Source of the DNA: Octopus sinensis
Lineage: Eukaryota
Assembly: GCF_006345805.1 (NCBI RefSeq)
Contig: NC_043024.1
Coordinates: 18,166,001 to 18,230,000, forward strand
DNA: 64,000 nt
Direction of reading: 5' to 3'
Part shown: positions 39,223-52,198 of the stretch, piece by piece
Position numbering within the stretch: position 1 is the first letter of the stretch
Layout: each line of letters opens with the position of its first letter
Notes under the pieces: generated by a model
What the model saw: the letters and a program-made list of their open reading frames with translations, nothing else
What the model was told of the DNA's origin: nothing
Databases searched by the model: none
Position numbers and translations under genes: made by a program

Positions 39223-40581
39223 CTACTGAATAATAATAATAATAATTATAATAATAATAATAATAATATAATAATAATAATCATAATAATAATAATCATA
39301 ATAATAATAATCATAAGAATAATAATAATAATAATAATAATGCAAAAAATAAGAAAACAGAAAAAAGAAAAAGTAGATGAATATGAAATGACTTGAGGGG
39401 GTTGATAGCAATTGTTGGGAGGGGGTGAGAGGGGTAAGTGTGGGAGAAATAAAGATAAAAACAAAATATGGTAAATCAATAGAAACGGAACCAGACCAAA
39501 GAGAATGGATTTATTTCAAGATCATCGTTATTGTTTTTTTTTTCTGTTGTTGCTGTTTCTATTATAAGGAGGATAAATATGTGTATGTATACACATAAGA
39601 CAAATATGTGTATGTATGTATAGATGTGTGTGTGTGCGTGTTGATCTCGTCAATGCTTATCTGAGTGTTGCTGTTCAGTGATCTGCTGCTGCTTGTCTAT
39701 CTCTATATAAAATTTCGGTACAACCAAACTGAACAGAAGTGTTTAGTGTGGTAATGTAAATTGGAAGGGTGGGTGGAGTTTGGTGGTGGAGGCTAAAGAA
39801 CTAGGGTAGGAGGACATTTTATCATTGTAGAATTATGTCTGAGATCTAAATTCTTGTACAGTTCATTGGAACATTGGAGAGTAACATAAGACATTCTTAG
39901 CAACACCAAGATATATATTGACCTGTCTGTTACCATATTTCTGTTGAGATGCTCTGTGTTTCTTTTGATTAATTTTAAATATAACAAAAAATTTAGTAAA
40001 ATAAGTTTGTTATCATTAAGTTAGTGTTAGGAACATAAATTGTGACTAAGGTTTGGTGGAAGATTTTAATTCAGAACTTTTGAAGACAAGACATTTTGTA
40101 CTACAGAGCCAGAGGCTGTTTCAGCCGGGTTGGTATCAAAAGGGTTAAGGATTTTTAAAACTTTTTACTTGTTTCAATCATTTGACTGTGGTCATGCTGG
40201 AGCACCACCGTTAGTCAAGCAAATTGACCCCAGGACTTATTCTTTGTAAGCCTAGTATTTATTCTATTGGTCTCTTTTGCCGAACCCCTAAGTTATGAGG
40301 ACATAAACACACCAGCATCGGTTGTCAAGCGATGTTGGAGGGGACAAACACAGACACACAAACATACATACATATATATATACATATATACGATGGGCTT
40401 CTTTCAGTTTCCGTCTACCAAATCCACTCACAAGGCTTTGGTCAGCCTGAGGCTATAGTAGAAGACACTTGCCTAAGTGTGCCATGCAGTGGGACTGAAC
40501 CCAGAACCATGTGGTTGGTGAGCAAGCTACTTACCACACAGCCACTCCTGTACCTAATTGTTTCTCTATTATATATTTTAA

Positions 40582-40771
40582 CCCTTTTGTTGCCATATTT
40601 CTGTTGAGATGCTCTGTGTTTCTTTCAATTAACTTTAAATATAGCAAATTAAATAAAATAACTTAGTTATCATTAAGCTAGTGTTAGGAACATAAAATGT
40701 GAGTTAGGTTTGGTGGAAGATTTTAATTCAGAACTTTTGAGGCAGTTTCAAGCGAGTTGGTACCAAAAGGG
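40582..40771. mobile_element. piggyBac-type MITE
   Basis: TTAA|CCCTTTTG..CAAAAGGG|TTAA. Family members at about 39930-40144, 51146-51368, 48420-48645, 63228-63445 and 12500-12720. Confidence 0.8.
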
Positions 40772-43031
40772 TTAAATGGCTAGAAGTTGAAAGAGATTTG
40801 ACTGCTATTTCAAGCAGGTCATGCCTCTGTAAAGAGGCTCCATTATTGTCATTTGAAGGCTACTTACCATATAGTACAGATGTAATGAATCAAAGCCAAA
40901 CTGGGTTTTATACAACAATAAAAAGTAACATTCTATGTTGCATAAATCCTGAAACCACACAGAAGTTATGGGGACCAATGTTAAAATTTCAATTGCTATT
41001 CATTCGATCAAGGGTAAGAAAATTATCATCAAAATTATTATCATCTTGATTATTATTATCAAAATTATTTTCAAAATTATTATCATCATGAGGTGCAGGT
41101 GTGGCTTGTGTAGTAAAAAGTTTGTTCCCCAACCACATGGTTCTGGGTTCAGTTCCACTGCATGGTACCTTGGGCAAATGTTTTCTGCTATAGCCTCAGG
41201 CCAAGCAAAGCCTTGTGAGTGATTTTGTAGATGGAAACTGAATGAAGTCTGTTGTGTTTGTGTGTTTGTGTCCCACTGCTGCTTGACAGCCAGTGTTGGT
41301 TTGTTTGCATCCCCATAACTTAGCGGCAAAAGAAACTGGGAATAAGAACCAGGCTTTAAAAAAGAAGAATGTTATTTTGTAGTTTAGTGACATCAAACTT
41401 CCTCAAATCTCAAGAGACTCTCTTAGGATTCTTGTGGAATGCAGGCTGGCATTTTTCAACAAAACAAATCTTAATTCTGATTTCCTTCAGGCTCTTGGTT
41501 TGGGTGTTGTGCCAAATGTGCCAATTACCACAAGAATAATTGTCATCTTAGTCTTCATCCCTGATATTTCTTAGTTTGCTCAATGCTTTTGATATCTACA
41601 CTACAGCACTCCATCGGTTACAATGACGAGGGTTCCAGTTGATCCGATCAATGGAACAGCCTGCTCATGAAATTAATGTACGAGTGGCTGAGCACTCCAC
41701 AGACATGTGTACCCTTTAACGTAGTTCTCCAGGAGATTCAGCATGACACAGAGTGTGACAAGACCGGCCCTTTGAAATACAGGTACAACAGAAACAGGAA
41801 GAAAGAGTGAGAGAAAGTTGTGGTGAAAGAGTACAGCAAGGTTCACCACCAACCCCTACTGGAACCTTGTTGAGCTTTAGGTGTTTCCACTCTATAAGCA
41901 CTCACAATGCCCAGTCTGGGAATCAAAACCGCGATCCTATGACCGGGAGTCCACTGCCCTTAACCACTGGGCCATTGCACCACCACATGTCTACACTATT
42001 ATCACAAGATAGTGTACAACAGAATCTAAGATCTTACATAGTTTCTAATTTTTTATTTATTTATTTTACATCCGATATAATCACATCTGGTCTCATTTAC
42101 TTGTTATAGTAAGTTCATTTCCTCCTCTGTAACATTCTCTCATTCTATGAAGTAAAACTTATTTTCCTCTTAGTTATTATTATCACTCTCCTGAAGATTA
42201 TTGATCTTCCTGCTATTCTTATTTTATTTTCTCTTCGACATAGCCATGTTATTCATCTTTCACTATTTCGGAGATCTTTTCCAGTTCCAACTGGGATAGC
42301 CACTGCGACTTTTCATGATTAGATTTTTCCTGATCTGCAAGTCTTTGTTATGTGACAAGAACATGTCTGTCTCTTCATCCATATTTTAGAGTTTTATCTT
42401 AGTTTGACAGGCCCACTCCTGTGATAAAAATTCACAACAATCTTGGAATGGAAAAAGCAAAGCAGTTAATTAAATGTATAGCAATACACAAAGAACTGCC
42501 CCTACCTTCTCTGTGTCACATCTTCACCATCTTTCTTTCAATCTGAGGTAGTCATATCTCTCTTCAAATGCATGAAACCTCTTCTGTCCCGCAATACTAA
42601 AGAGCTGAATGGTCATCTTTGGCAAGTTTCTTGGTGACTGTAGTATTGCTGGTGCCTCATAAAAAGCACCCAGTACACCTTGTGGTTGGCAATTTCCAAC
42701 TGTGGGAACCATGCTAAAGTAGATAACAGGCCTCAGGGCAGTCTTCTTATATCTTTATTGCCCACAAGGAGCTAAACATAGAGGGCACAAACAAGGACAG
42801 ACGAAGGGATTAAGTCGATTACATCGACTCCAGTGTGTAACTGGTACTTATTTTATCGACCCTGAAAGGATGAAAGGCAAAGTTGACCTCAGCAGAATTT
42901 GAACGATATACCGCTAAGCATTTCGCCCGGCATGCTAACGTTTCTGTCAGCCCACTGCCAGTTCCTGTCAAATTGTCCTACACATGTCAGCATGAAAACA
43001 GATGTTAAGTAGACACACACACACACACATA

Positions 43032-43065
<34 letters not shown>

Positions 43066-43670
43066 TGATGTGAAAACAGACACCAAGCGAGTTTTTGTTT
43101 TTTTGTCTTCTGTCCACACTGAGCTTGCTTTGGGACACCTGCATTACCATTTGACACATGTAACACCCCAGTCAATCTCCCCAACCAACACGGATCTCGA
43201 CTAAGGGTCATGCATCAACTGCATTGACACCTATCAAGGTGCTTGGCATGCACCATGCACTTCTCACCAGATATCAGAAGAGGAGCAGCCAGTTTCCCCC
43301 ATTCCAGGTTCAAGAGTGGATATCAAGGCCATCAACAATATGACAGAGATCATTCATTAGATGTACAATAGTGATGGAGAGGTGTTGGTAGTGTTAGTAG
43401 AGGTGGAAGAGTGGTTAGCAATTATAGAACTCAGGGCTTTTATCATTGTAGAATTATATCTGAGCTGGAAATTCTCTCCATCGATCTACCTATTATATCT
43501 CTGTAGTGTGCCATAACCATTTGTTATTTCTGTCTGTTTGTCCATCAATATATCTATTTATTACGCCTGCTTATTCTTCACTTCTACCAATCCATTATCT
43601 CTAACTGTTCATCAACTTTTTCTTTCTCTTTTGATCTTCTACTATCTTTTGTTTTCCTTCTTCCCTGCAG

Positions 43671-43785
43671 GGCAAGCTTGGTGAGCTGCTTCTCTCGCTT
43701 TGCTACCAACCAGCAGTGGGTCGACTCATTATTGAAGTGAAGAAGGCTAAAGATCTCAAAGCTAAAGATATCACTGGAACCTCAG
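43671..43785 (+). CDS. SYT7: Internal coding exon of a synaptotagmin gene (start of C2B domain), most similar to synaptotagmin-7
   Basis: Polypyrimidine tract ending ttccctgcag| and donor CAG|gtaaga. The 115 bp translate as GKLGELLLSLCYQPAVGRLIIEVKKAKDLKAKDITGTS(D), matching the C2B start GELLLSLCY..KARNLKAMDIGGTSD of Syt7 and the conserved 115-bp exon of synaptotagmins. Family is confident; paralog is less so (CYQPA.GRL also resembles Syt4). No other exon was found by eye. Confidence 0.88.
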
Positions 43786-44454
43786 GTAAGAAACAATAAA
43801 AATAATGACTATTGGAAAGGTTACAAGATGCAACAAAAATTTTAGAAAAAATTGACAACTGCAATATTTATAAGCGTAGGAGTTGTTGTGTGGTAAGTAG
43901 CTTGCTTACCAACCACATGGTTCTGGGTTCGGTCCCACTGCGTGACACCTTGGGCAAGTGTCTTCTACTGTAGCCTCGAGCCAACCAAAGCCTTGTAAGT
44001 GGATTTGGTAGACGGAAACTGAAAGAAGCCCGTTGTATATATGTATATATATATGTGTGTGTCTGTGTTTGTCCTCCCAACATCGCTTGACAACTGACGC
44101 TGGTGTGCTTACATCCCCGTAACCTAGCAGTTCAGCAAAATAGACCGATAGAATAAGTCCTGGAGTCGATTTGCTCAACTGAAAAAGGTAAGAGAGAGTA
44201 AATGAGTGGAAATCGAACCAGTGTGTGTGTTAAGTAACAAGGCACTAAAAGAGAATGAACCTCCCCAGACACAATAAAGTAATAATAATCTCTTCCACTA
44301 AAGGTACAAGGCCTGAAATTTTGGTGGGAGGGGGCTAGTCGATCACATCAACCCCAGTGTTTTGCTGCAACTTAATTTATCAGCCCTGAAAGGATGAAAG
44401 GTAAAGTTAACCTTGGCAGAATTGAACTCAGAACATAAAGACAAATGAAATACT

Positions 44455-44755
44455 GTTCTATATTTAAGAGATGAGGAATTATGTACATTATTTACATTTG
44501 ATGGATATATATACCTATGAGCATATGGCATAGTGGTTAAGAGTGCGGGCTACTAACCCCAAGATTCCAAGTTCAATTCCAGATAGTGACTGAATAATAA
44601 TAATAATAACATCAAAAAATACCTTAGGAATGAGAACCCAGGTTCAAAATTTCCCCAAGACACCTAATGAAGGCTGGAGGGTATATCAACCAAAACGTTG
44701 TGTTAACAACAAACAAGATGAGGACAAATATCTGTCAAATGTAAATAATGTAAAT
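44455..44755 (+). mobile_element. tRNA-headed short element with degenerate hammerhead and inverted tail copy
   Basis: A box TGGCATAGTGG 44526-44536; B box GTTCAATTCC 44571-44580; ACAC CUAAUGA AGGCUG..CAACC AAAA CGUU GUGU at 44660-44703; inverted repeat 44484-44508 / 44728-44752. Confidence 0.65.
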
Positions 44756-45120
44756 GAAATAATGCCAAGCATGTCACCCAGCATGCTAATGACTCTGCTA
44801 GTTCACTACCTTAAGCAATGATAGTAATAATGATTTCATTTATTTGCCACAAGGGTGAAGGATGAGGGGGACAATACAAAGACAGACATAAAGTGTGAGG
44901 GTTTACATATAATAATGAAATGATAAAAAAAAAGAGAAAGTATACACTGAAAAAGAAGGGACATATGCATAGGATAAAAAGGTATTTATTTTATTGATCT
45001 TGAAGAGACAAAAGGCAAAGTCAACCCCTGCAGGATTTGTACCCAGAATGTCAAGATGGATGAAATGCCATGAAGCATTTTGTCCGGCATGCTTGTGGTT
45101 TGGCCAGCTTGCCATCTTTA

Positions 45121-45604
45121 CCCCTTGATGCTGGTATTGCCCAAAGCATACGAGACACTGCTCTGGTTTTTTTATCTAATGAGGCCACACAAACACATAA
45201 GTGCCAACGAGCTCGCATCTATTTACGTTCACCATTACAATAACACAAGCATCGTACATTTACATCTACCGGTTTATGAAAACGAACTATGTGAAGCTAT
45301 TTATCATAATATGATATGCACAAGTTATTCTGCTCAGGTTCAGAAAATAGTTTGCATGTGGTACAACTCAAAACACAGTATTAAGCATGTAAAGTATCCA
45401 CATGTCATTGGTCTACTGCTAGTCTCATGACTTGAACGTAACCTAAAAGAGCTAAGATAATGCACAGTACGGCAAGTGCGTGCACCTCAAGAGATTAAGT
45501 ACACGATAGCGAACGTAAACATACATCAGCCGCTAAAATGTCCATGATAGATGTAGGGCAAGCAAAAGTGTGATCGCATATTTGCATCAACCGTTGTCAA
45601 GGGG
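45121..45604. mobile_element. Second piggyBac-like non-autonomous element
   Basis: TTTA|CCCCTTGATGCTGG .. CCGTTGTCAAGGGG|TTAA imperfect TIRs. Confidence 0.6.
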
Positions 45605-48600
45605 TTAAACTGGTGCATTCAGACAAAGTCCTTAGCAGTATTTATTCCACCCAAGTTGCACAATCATTTTTGTCAGCCTAGTGTACTAGCAATTAGTTCA
45701 TTGGAAACCTCTGATTATTGTTCACAAAACATGATATAAAACAAAATATGTAAATAAACATTGAACCGAGATGGGGTTCCATTTGTGTGGGATGTTGAGT
45801 TGAAGGAGCTAACCTTGTAGCTGCAAGCAAATGGCTAATGATTTTGTGGAGATAAAAAGATAAACTAACAGGAACTATTTTGAAAAGATAATATGACAGG
45901 TGTTCTGTATTGGAATTGGTAAGTCAGTCACCCAGTAAATACTAGATACATGGTTCAAATCTTACCAGTTTCTCATCTCTGTCTCAAAATTGGGTTTATA
46001 ATGTTTTGAGAGATAACTCCTATGCTTGATGCCAAAATGTTTGGCTAGATCAACTGGATAGAGAACTTAAAATGCCAATGTCCAGCTGGAATAATTATGA
46101 TGAGCTCTCAGTCAATTCTAGCTCTATTTTTAGTGAGAAACTGTGCAGTTTTTCTAATCTCAACCAAGGAGGGCAAGCCATCAGAATCATTTTTGCTTTG
46201 GACAAAATGTTTGGTGGCATTTCATCTGGACTTAATGTTCTCAGTTCAAATGCCACTGAGATCAACTTTGCTTTTCATCCTTTTGGGTGTCAATAGAATA
46301 AGAACCAGTCGAGCAATGGTAAGTCTTGGGGTTGATGCAATTAACTAGGTCCTGGTCTACAGATTTCAGGCCTTGTGCTTATCATAGAAAGTAGAAAGGA
46401 TTATGAGGGCCTCTTCTTCTTATCATCATCATTTAATGTCCGTTGTCCATGCTGGCATGGGTTGGGCAGTTTGACCAGGGCTGGCAAGCTGGAAGGCTGC
46501 ACCAGACTTTAGTCTGATTTGGCATGGTTTCTTATTTCTTTATTGCCCACAAGGGGCTAAACATAGAGGGGACAAACAAGGACAGACAAAGGGATTAAGT
46601 TGATTACATCGACCCCAGTGCATAACTGGTACTTAATTTATCGACCCCGAAAGGATGAAAGGCAAAGTCGACCTTAGTGGAATTTGAACTCAGAACGTAA
46701 AGACAGACGAAAAACTGCTAAGCATTTCGCCCGGCATGCTAACATTTCACCTGATTTGGCATGGTTTCTACGGCTGGATGCCCTTCCTAATGCCAACCAC
46801 TCTATGAGTGTAATGGGTGCTTTTATGTACCACTGGCATGGCTGCCATTTGTGTGACACCAGTATCTTCCACGACTACAGTTTCATTAGGCGTGATGGAT
46901 CTTCTACTCAAGCACAGCATAATGCCAAAGGTCTCAGTCATTTGTCATTGCCTCCATGAGGCCCAATGTTCAAGAGGTGCTTTTTACACACCACCAGCAT
47001 CGGCCACAAAATTTCTAACACCATCCTTGATACAGAAATAACGTCAATGAATTTGATTTAACATTCACCCCCACCCCACCCTCTGTAGTAGATGCTGATG
47101 ACACATAATCCACTGATATTGCTACCAATATGGATTATCTGGACATTCTTTCAATGTCATCAGATCGCAATCAATGTTTGGACACTTCTCTGACAATGAT
47201 TATGTTCTTGTCATGACATTTTCATGTGAAAACACGCAAGTGGTTCCCCGTTGCTGTCTTTTGGGTACCTTTTACAAAATATCATTCTGTCTGCTAGATA
47301 GACAAAGTGTGTGGTAAGAGGTTTTCTTCTCAACCACATAGTTCTTTGTTTGGATGTCCCACTATGTGGTACCTTAGGTCAGTGTCTTCTGTTATAACAC
47401 CCTGGACCAACCAATGCCTTGTGAAAAGATTTGGTAAATAGAAACCGAAAGAAGCCCATCATCTGTAGATGTGTATGAATGTGTGTGTGTGTGTGTGTGT
47501 GAAGGCACGTGGTTAGGCTGTTGCACACATGATCATTATTTCATGTGTGTTGTGTTTTTGAGGAAAGCCCTACATTTCACATTGCTCCAGTTCCCTTTTG
47601 ATCAAGGTGGTGGGGATGGCCTGTTCACCTAACCAACAGGGTGGCATCATTTCATGGCTAAAACAATGCTAAGCACATTGTGACCAGTGATGTGTAACAT
47701 TATCTGATAGTCTGGTCGGTCATGTGATCACATGGTCATGTATATATATATATATTTGCGGAGACCCCCTTCAGTCATGACTCACCATAGGATTGCACCT
47801 AGGAAGTTACCCCTCCTAGGCACAAGTCCGGGCAAGGTTGTTTATGGAAGACTAGCTGTCACCCATGGATACTGGCCTCCCCTCTCCACACCACCAGTGT
47901 TATCTAAAGGAAAGGCAAAGGCTGATACAGCTTGGCACCTGTGATGTCGCAACTCATTTATTAATGTGCAAGTGGCTGAGCACTCCACAGACACATGTAA
48001 TCTTAACATAGTTCTCAGGGAGATTCAGCGTGACACAGAGTGTGACAAGGCTGGCCCTTTGAAATACAGGTACAACAGAAACAGGAAGAAAGTTGTGGTA
48101 AAAGAGTACAACAGGGTTCACCACCACCCCCTGCTGGAGCCTCGTAGAGCTTTAAGAGTTTTCGCTCAATAAACACTTACAATGCCTGGTCTGGGAATCG
48201 AAACCACGATCCTACAACTGCGAATCCATTGCACCTCCACAAGAACACAATTTACCACTGGATATTGAACTCATGGCCTGACAATCATGAGCCAAATACC
48301 CTAACCACTTAGCTGCATGCCTTCACTGGAAGGTTTTATATTAAAATCATTCTAAGGTAAGGATTTTGTGTCATAGAACCAGGGGGCATTCTAAGGTGGG
48401 TTGGTACCAAAAAGGTTAACCTTTTTGTTATCATATTTCCATTCAAATACTCTGCTCTTTCTTCAATTAGTTTAGAAAATAATAAAGAATTCATTAAAAT
48501 AACTCTGTCGTTATTAATTTAGTGTTTGCAACATAAATTAGTTGAAATTTTAATGGAAGGTTTTAATTTAGAACATTTTAAAACAGGAAGTCTATATCAT

Positions 48601-50498
48601 GAAAGCTGGGGGGGTCAGTCTCAGGTGACTTGGTGTCAAAGCAGTTAATCCATACCCTTCTACTTTGCAACACAACAGCATCACAAGTGATGATTGATGG
48701 TGGGGGTGGGGGTTGTGGTAGGCATGGCAACGATGGCGGTCATGATGACAATTGCAATGATACTTATGATGATGATAATGATGATATGAGAAAAGTCACT
48801 GTTAGGATGATGATAGTGATGATGATGGTTTGCAATGATAGTGATGATAATGAGGACGCTGGTGTCAAAGATGCCGTTATCAGTTCTGTACCAGTATTCC
48901 CTGATTTTATATGCTGGTGATGATATCCCAGTTATCAAATTATCAATATCACTCCGGCTGCATGCTCACTATGATATCCTATATATCAGTGACCACGGCA
49001 TGTAATATGGCATATAACGATGACAATGACACATCAATCAAGTTATAAATTATTTCATGCCTGATATAACAATTATCTGCTGTTGTTTATTTAAATAATA
49101 AATCATGTTTCTGTCATAATCTTCAATTTATCAATGACACAAAAATTGGCAGAGTTGTTAGAGCCTTGCTTCATGGTATTCATTGTAAATTTCTACACCA
49201 CGAGTTCAAACCCTAGTGATGTCATCTTTGTCATTTGTCCTTTACAAGGTTGATAAAAAGGTACTGTGGATTGGTAGAACTGTTAGATGGTTGGGTAAGA
49301 TGCCTTGGGGTATCTCTTCTGGTTTTTTACATCCTAACAACAATGCTATTTATGACACAAATTTCAAACTCTCTTGGCCCCAAGTCCGTAGTCTTTCTTT
49401 TGGATAAACATCAGTGATGTGCATAAGACAAAGTTGTCTACACGGGGCAGTAGCCAACTTACCCCAACGCTTGTCCAGGTTTGCACATATATGTGCAGAT
49501 GCAAGTTCAATCTTGACCAATGGAGGCCCTGGGTATCTATCTAAATATCTATTTGTCTCTCTGTCTGTCTATCTATCTATCCATCCATCCATCTCTCTCT
49601 CTCTCTTTCTATATATATATACACATACACACATACAAGTGTGGCTGAGTGCTAAGAAGCTTGCTTCCCATCCACATGGTTCCAGGTTCAGTCCCACTGC
49701 ATGGTACCTTGGGCAAATGTCTTCTACTATAGCCTCAGACCAACTAAAGCTTTGTGAGTGTAATTGGTAGAGGTAAACTGAAACAACCCCACTAAGGTAC
49801 CCTCTGTGTGTGTATGTGTTTGTGTCTATGCTTGTTGACCCCACCACTGCTTGATAACTGGTATTGGTGTGTTTACATCCCCATAACTTAGCAGTTCGGG
49901 AAGAGAGACTAATAGATTTAACAAAGAATAAGTACTGGGGTTGATTCATCCAGCAAAAAATTCTTCAAGGAGGTGCCCCAGCACGGCCACTGAAACAAGT
50001 GAAATATAAAAGATAAATACATATATATGTATACATACATACATACATACATTTATTGTTTATTATCACTGTATTTGTAAGGCGGTGAACTGGCAGAATC
50101 GTTAGTCTTTACATTCTGAGTTCAAATTCCACCAAGGTCGACTTTGCCTTTCGTCCTTTCAGGGTCGATAAATTAAGTACCACACACACACACACACACT
50201 CACTCACACACACACACACACATTGAGGGAGAGAATATATAAAGAATATATAAAGAGTTTTTGTCAACTGACATAATAATGTAGTAAGTATGTATTATGA
50301 ATGCTCAGGTTGGTTTACCACTAACACTCCAACTTGAACTGCAACTGAAATGTAGTCTTGAGATTGCCTATTGAAGGCAGCTGGAAGTGGTTTCTCCTTG
50401 AGAAAGTGGATGTAGATTAAGATAGAAAATGAAGAAGCAAAACATTTGGCATCACTTGTAAAACATTTAATTTAGATAGAGAATATAAACTTATAGAA

Positions 50499-50587
50499 TC
50501 TCTTACAACTGTTTCAAGAATAGCCAAGCATGCAGATTATGATACTGAGTAAGGATATATAAGGTAAGTATTCTGTCATCAGAGGTA
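50499..50587 (-). ncRNA. Degenerate hammerhead motif (core intact, stem I weak)
   Basis: Minus strand CUGAUGA C AGAAUA..UAUUCU U GAAA CAGUUG UA AGAGA; 6-bp stem II, near-palindromic stem III. Confidence 0.5.
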
Positions 50588-51145
50588 GAGAAGTCAGAAA
50601 ATATCAAAATGAAGAATATCCCCAGTTGTGGATATTTGTACTTTGAAGCTTGTTGAAAAACGAAGTTAGAATCAGAATGAAAAATGTATGCATGCGTTCC
50701 ATGGTTGAATAAATAATAAAGTTATGTGTAAGGTCCATTAGCAGTTCCAAAAGTTAATATTTAATGATAATCCACGGCAAAGGATAATGGAAGTTACCAG
50801 TTCCATTTTTGCCTAGAGAGTGAATCAGGATTGAGTAGGAACAATAGACTACAGTGTGAAAGCAAGATAGAATGGTAGATGCATGATAGGAGGTAGAGAC
50901 TAGTCAGTAGAGTGAGGAAATGTTTGGCAAAAGAGGTTAGGAGACAGAAAAGTATGGGATGAAAAACAGCAGATGTCAGATACTTTCATTTCAAGGTTGA
51001 CCACTGGGGTTTGGCCAGAGTCATTAGATAAGTAACATATGGTATAATTATAAACAGGGCAAGTTTTAGCCATTTCTCCATATGGAGTCTAACAGGCTGA
51101 AACTTTAATGTTACTCTCACCTGTCTCATGTAAAAGCATATTTAA

Positions 51146-51368
51146 CCCTTTTGATACCAACCAACCTGAAACAGCCTCTGGCTCTGTAGTTCTAAATGTC
51201 TTGTCTTCAAAAGTTCTGAATTAAAATCTTCCACCAAACCTTAGTCACAATTTATGTTCCTAACACTAACTTAATGATAACTTAGCTATTTTACTAAATT
51301 CTTTGTTATATTTAAAATTAATCAAAAGAAACACAGAGCATCTCAACAGAAATATGGTAACAAAAGGG
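51146..51368. mobile_element. piggyBac-type MITE, complete copy
   Basis: TTAA flanks, CCC/GGG termini, reverse-complement match to the 39930-40144 copy. Confidence 0.82.
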
Positions 51369-51964
51369 TTAATGAAGATATATATAGGTGTTTACTTCCC
51401 TGTAACTTAGCAGTTCGGCAAAAGAGTACTAGGCTCTCAAAGAATAAGTCTGGGGTCGATTTCTTCAATAAAAAACCCCTTTTAGGTGGTGCTCCAGTAT
51501 GGCCACGGTCAGATTACTGAAACGAGTAACAGAATAAAAGAATATATATAACCTGTGTAGTAGATTTATAAACGGCTAATTAAGACTGAAAAATGTGACA
51601 AACAACCTTCGTCAGTTCTTGTATCTTAACGGATTCTCAACTGAGGCATCTAAATCAATTTCACCAATACCAGAGACACAAGGTGCCAATTTGTCCCCTG
51701 TGTACTCTCTTTCTCTATTGTCTCTCTCCCTCTCCCTCTCTCTCTACACCCTCAATCTTATATTTCCACAAGCATATCTTTACACACACACACATGAAAA
51801 TCATCCATGCAAGATTATAAATGTTGTCTGGTGGTCACATGGTTCTGGGTTTGATGCCATCGTGTATCACCTGAGGTGTGGGCCTTCAACCAGAGCTCCA
51901 GTGAACACCAGTTTTTCTGAGTAGACAGAAACTGCACAAAATCTGGGTACAAAACTGCACAAAA

Positions 51965-52198
51965 AAGGTGGTGAGCTGGCAGAAATGTTAGCACACAGGG
52001 CGAAATGCTTAGCGGTACTTTGTCTGCTGCTACATTCTGAGTTCAAATTCTGCCAAGGTCGACTTTGCCTTCAACCTTTTGGGGTCAATAAATTAAGTAC
52101 CAGTTACGCACTGGAGTCGATGTAATCGACTTAATCCCTTTGTCTGTCCCTGTTTGTCCCCTCTATGTTTAGCCCTTTGTGGGCAATAAAGAAATAAG
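51965..52198 (+). mobile_element. tRNA-derived SINE family 2 (Deu/Nin-domain-like), with TSD
   Basis: aaggtggtgagctggcagaa..gttcaaattc..gcctt(tc)a(t)ccttt(c)ggggtc(g)ataaattaagtaccag; flanking duplication aaactgcacaaaa. Other copies at 5250-5470, 5555-5757, 30205-30386, 42743-42965, 44295-44450, 46533-46750, 50080-50180 and 54960-55115. Confidence 0.82.

Noticed and set aside
47130-47165. Minus-strand CTGATGA followed by a CAUU/AAUG hairpin
   Set aside because: No GAAA after the stem and no stem I or III.
49455-49535. Possible minus-strand exon (ends GG|gtaagt; YPGPPLVKIELASAHICANLDKRW)
   Set aside because: No recognisable homology and a weak acceptor inside a GATA repeat; cannot be supported without transcripts.
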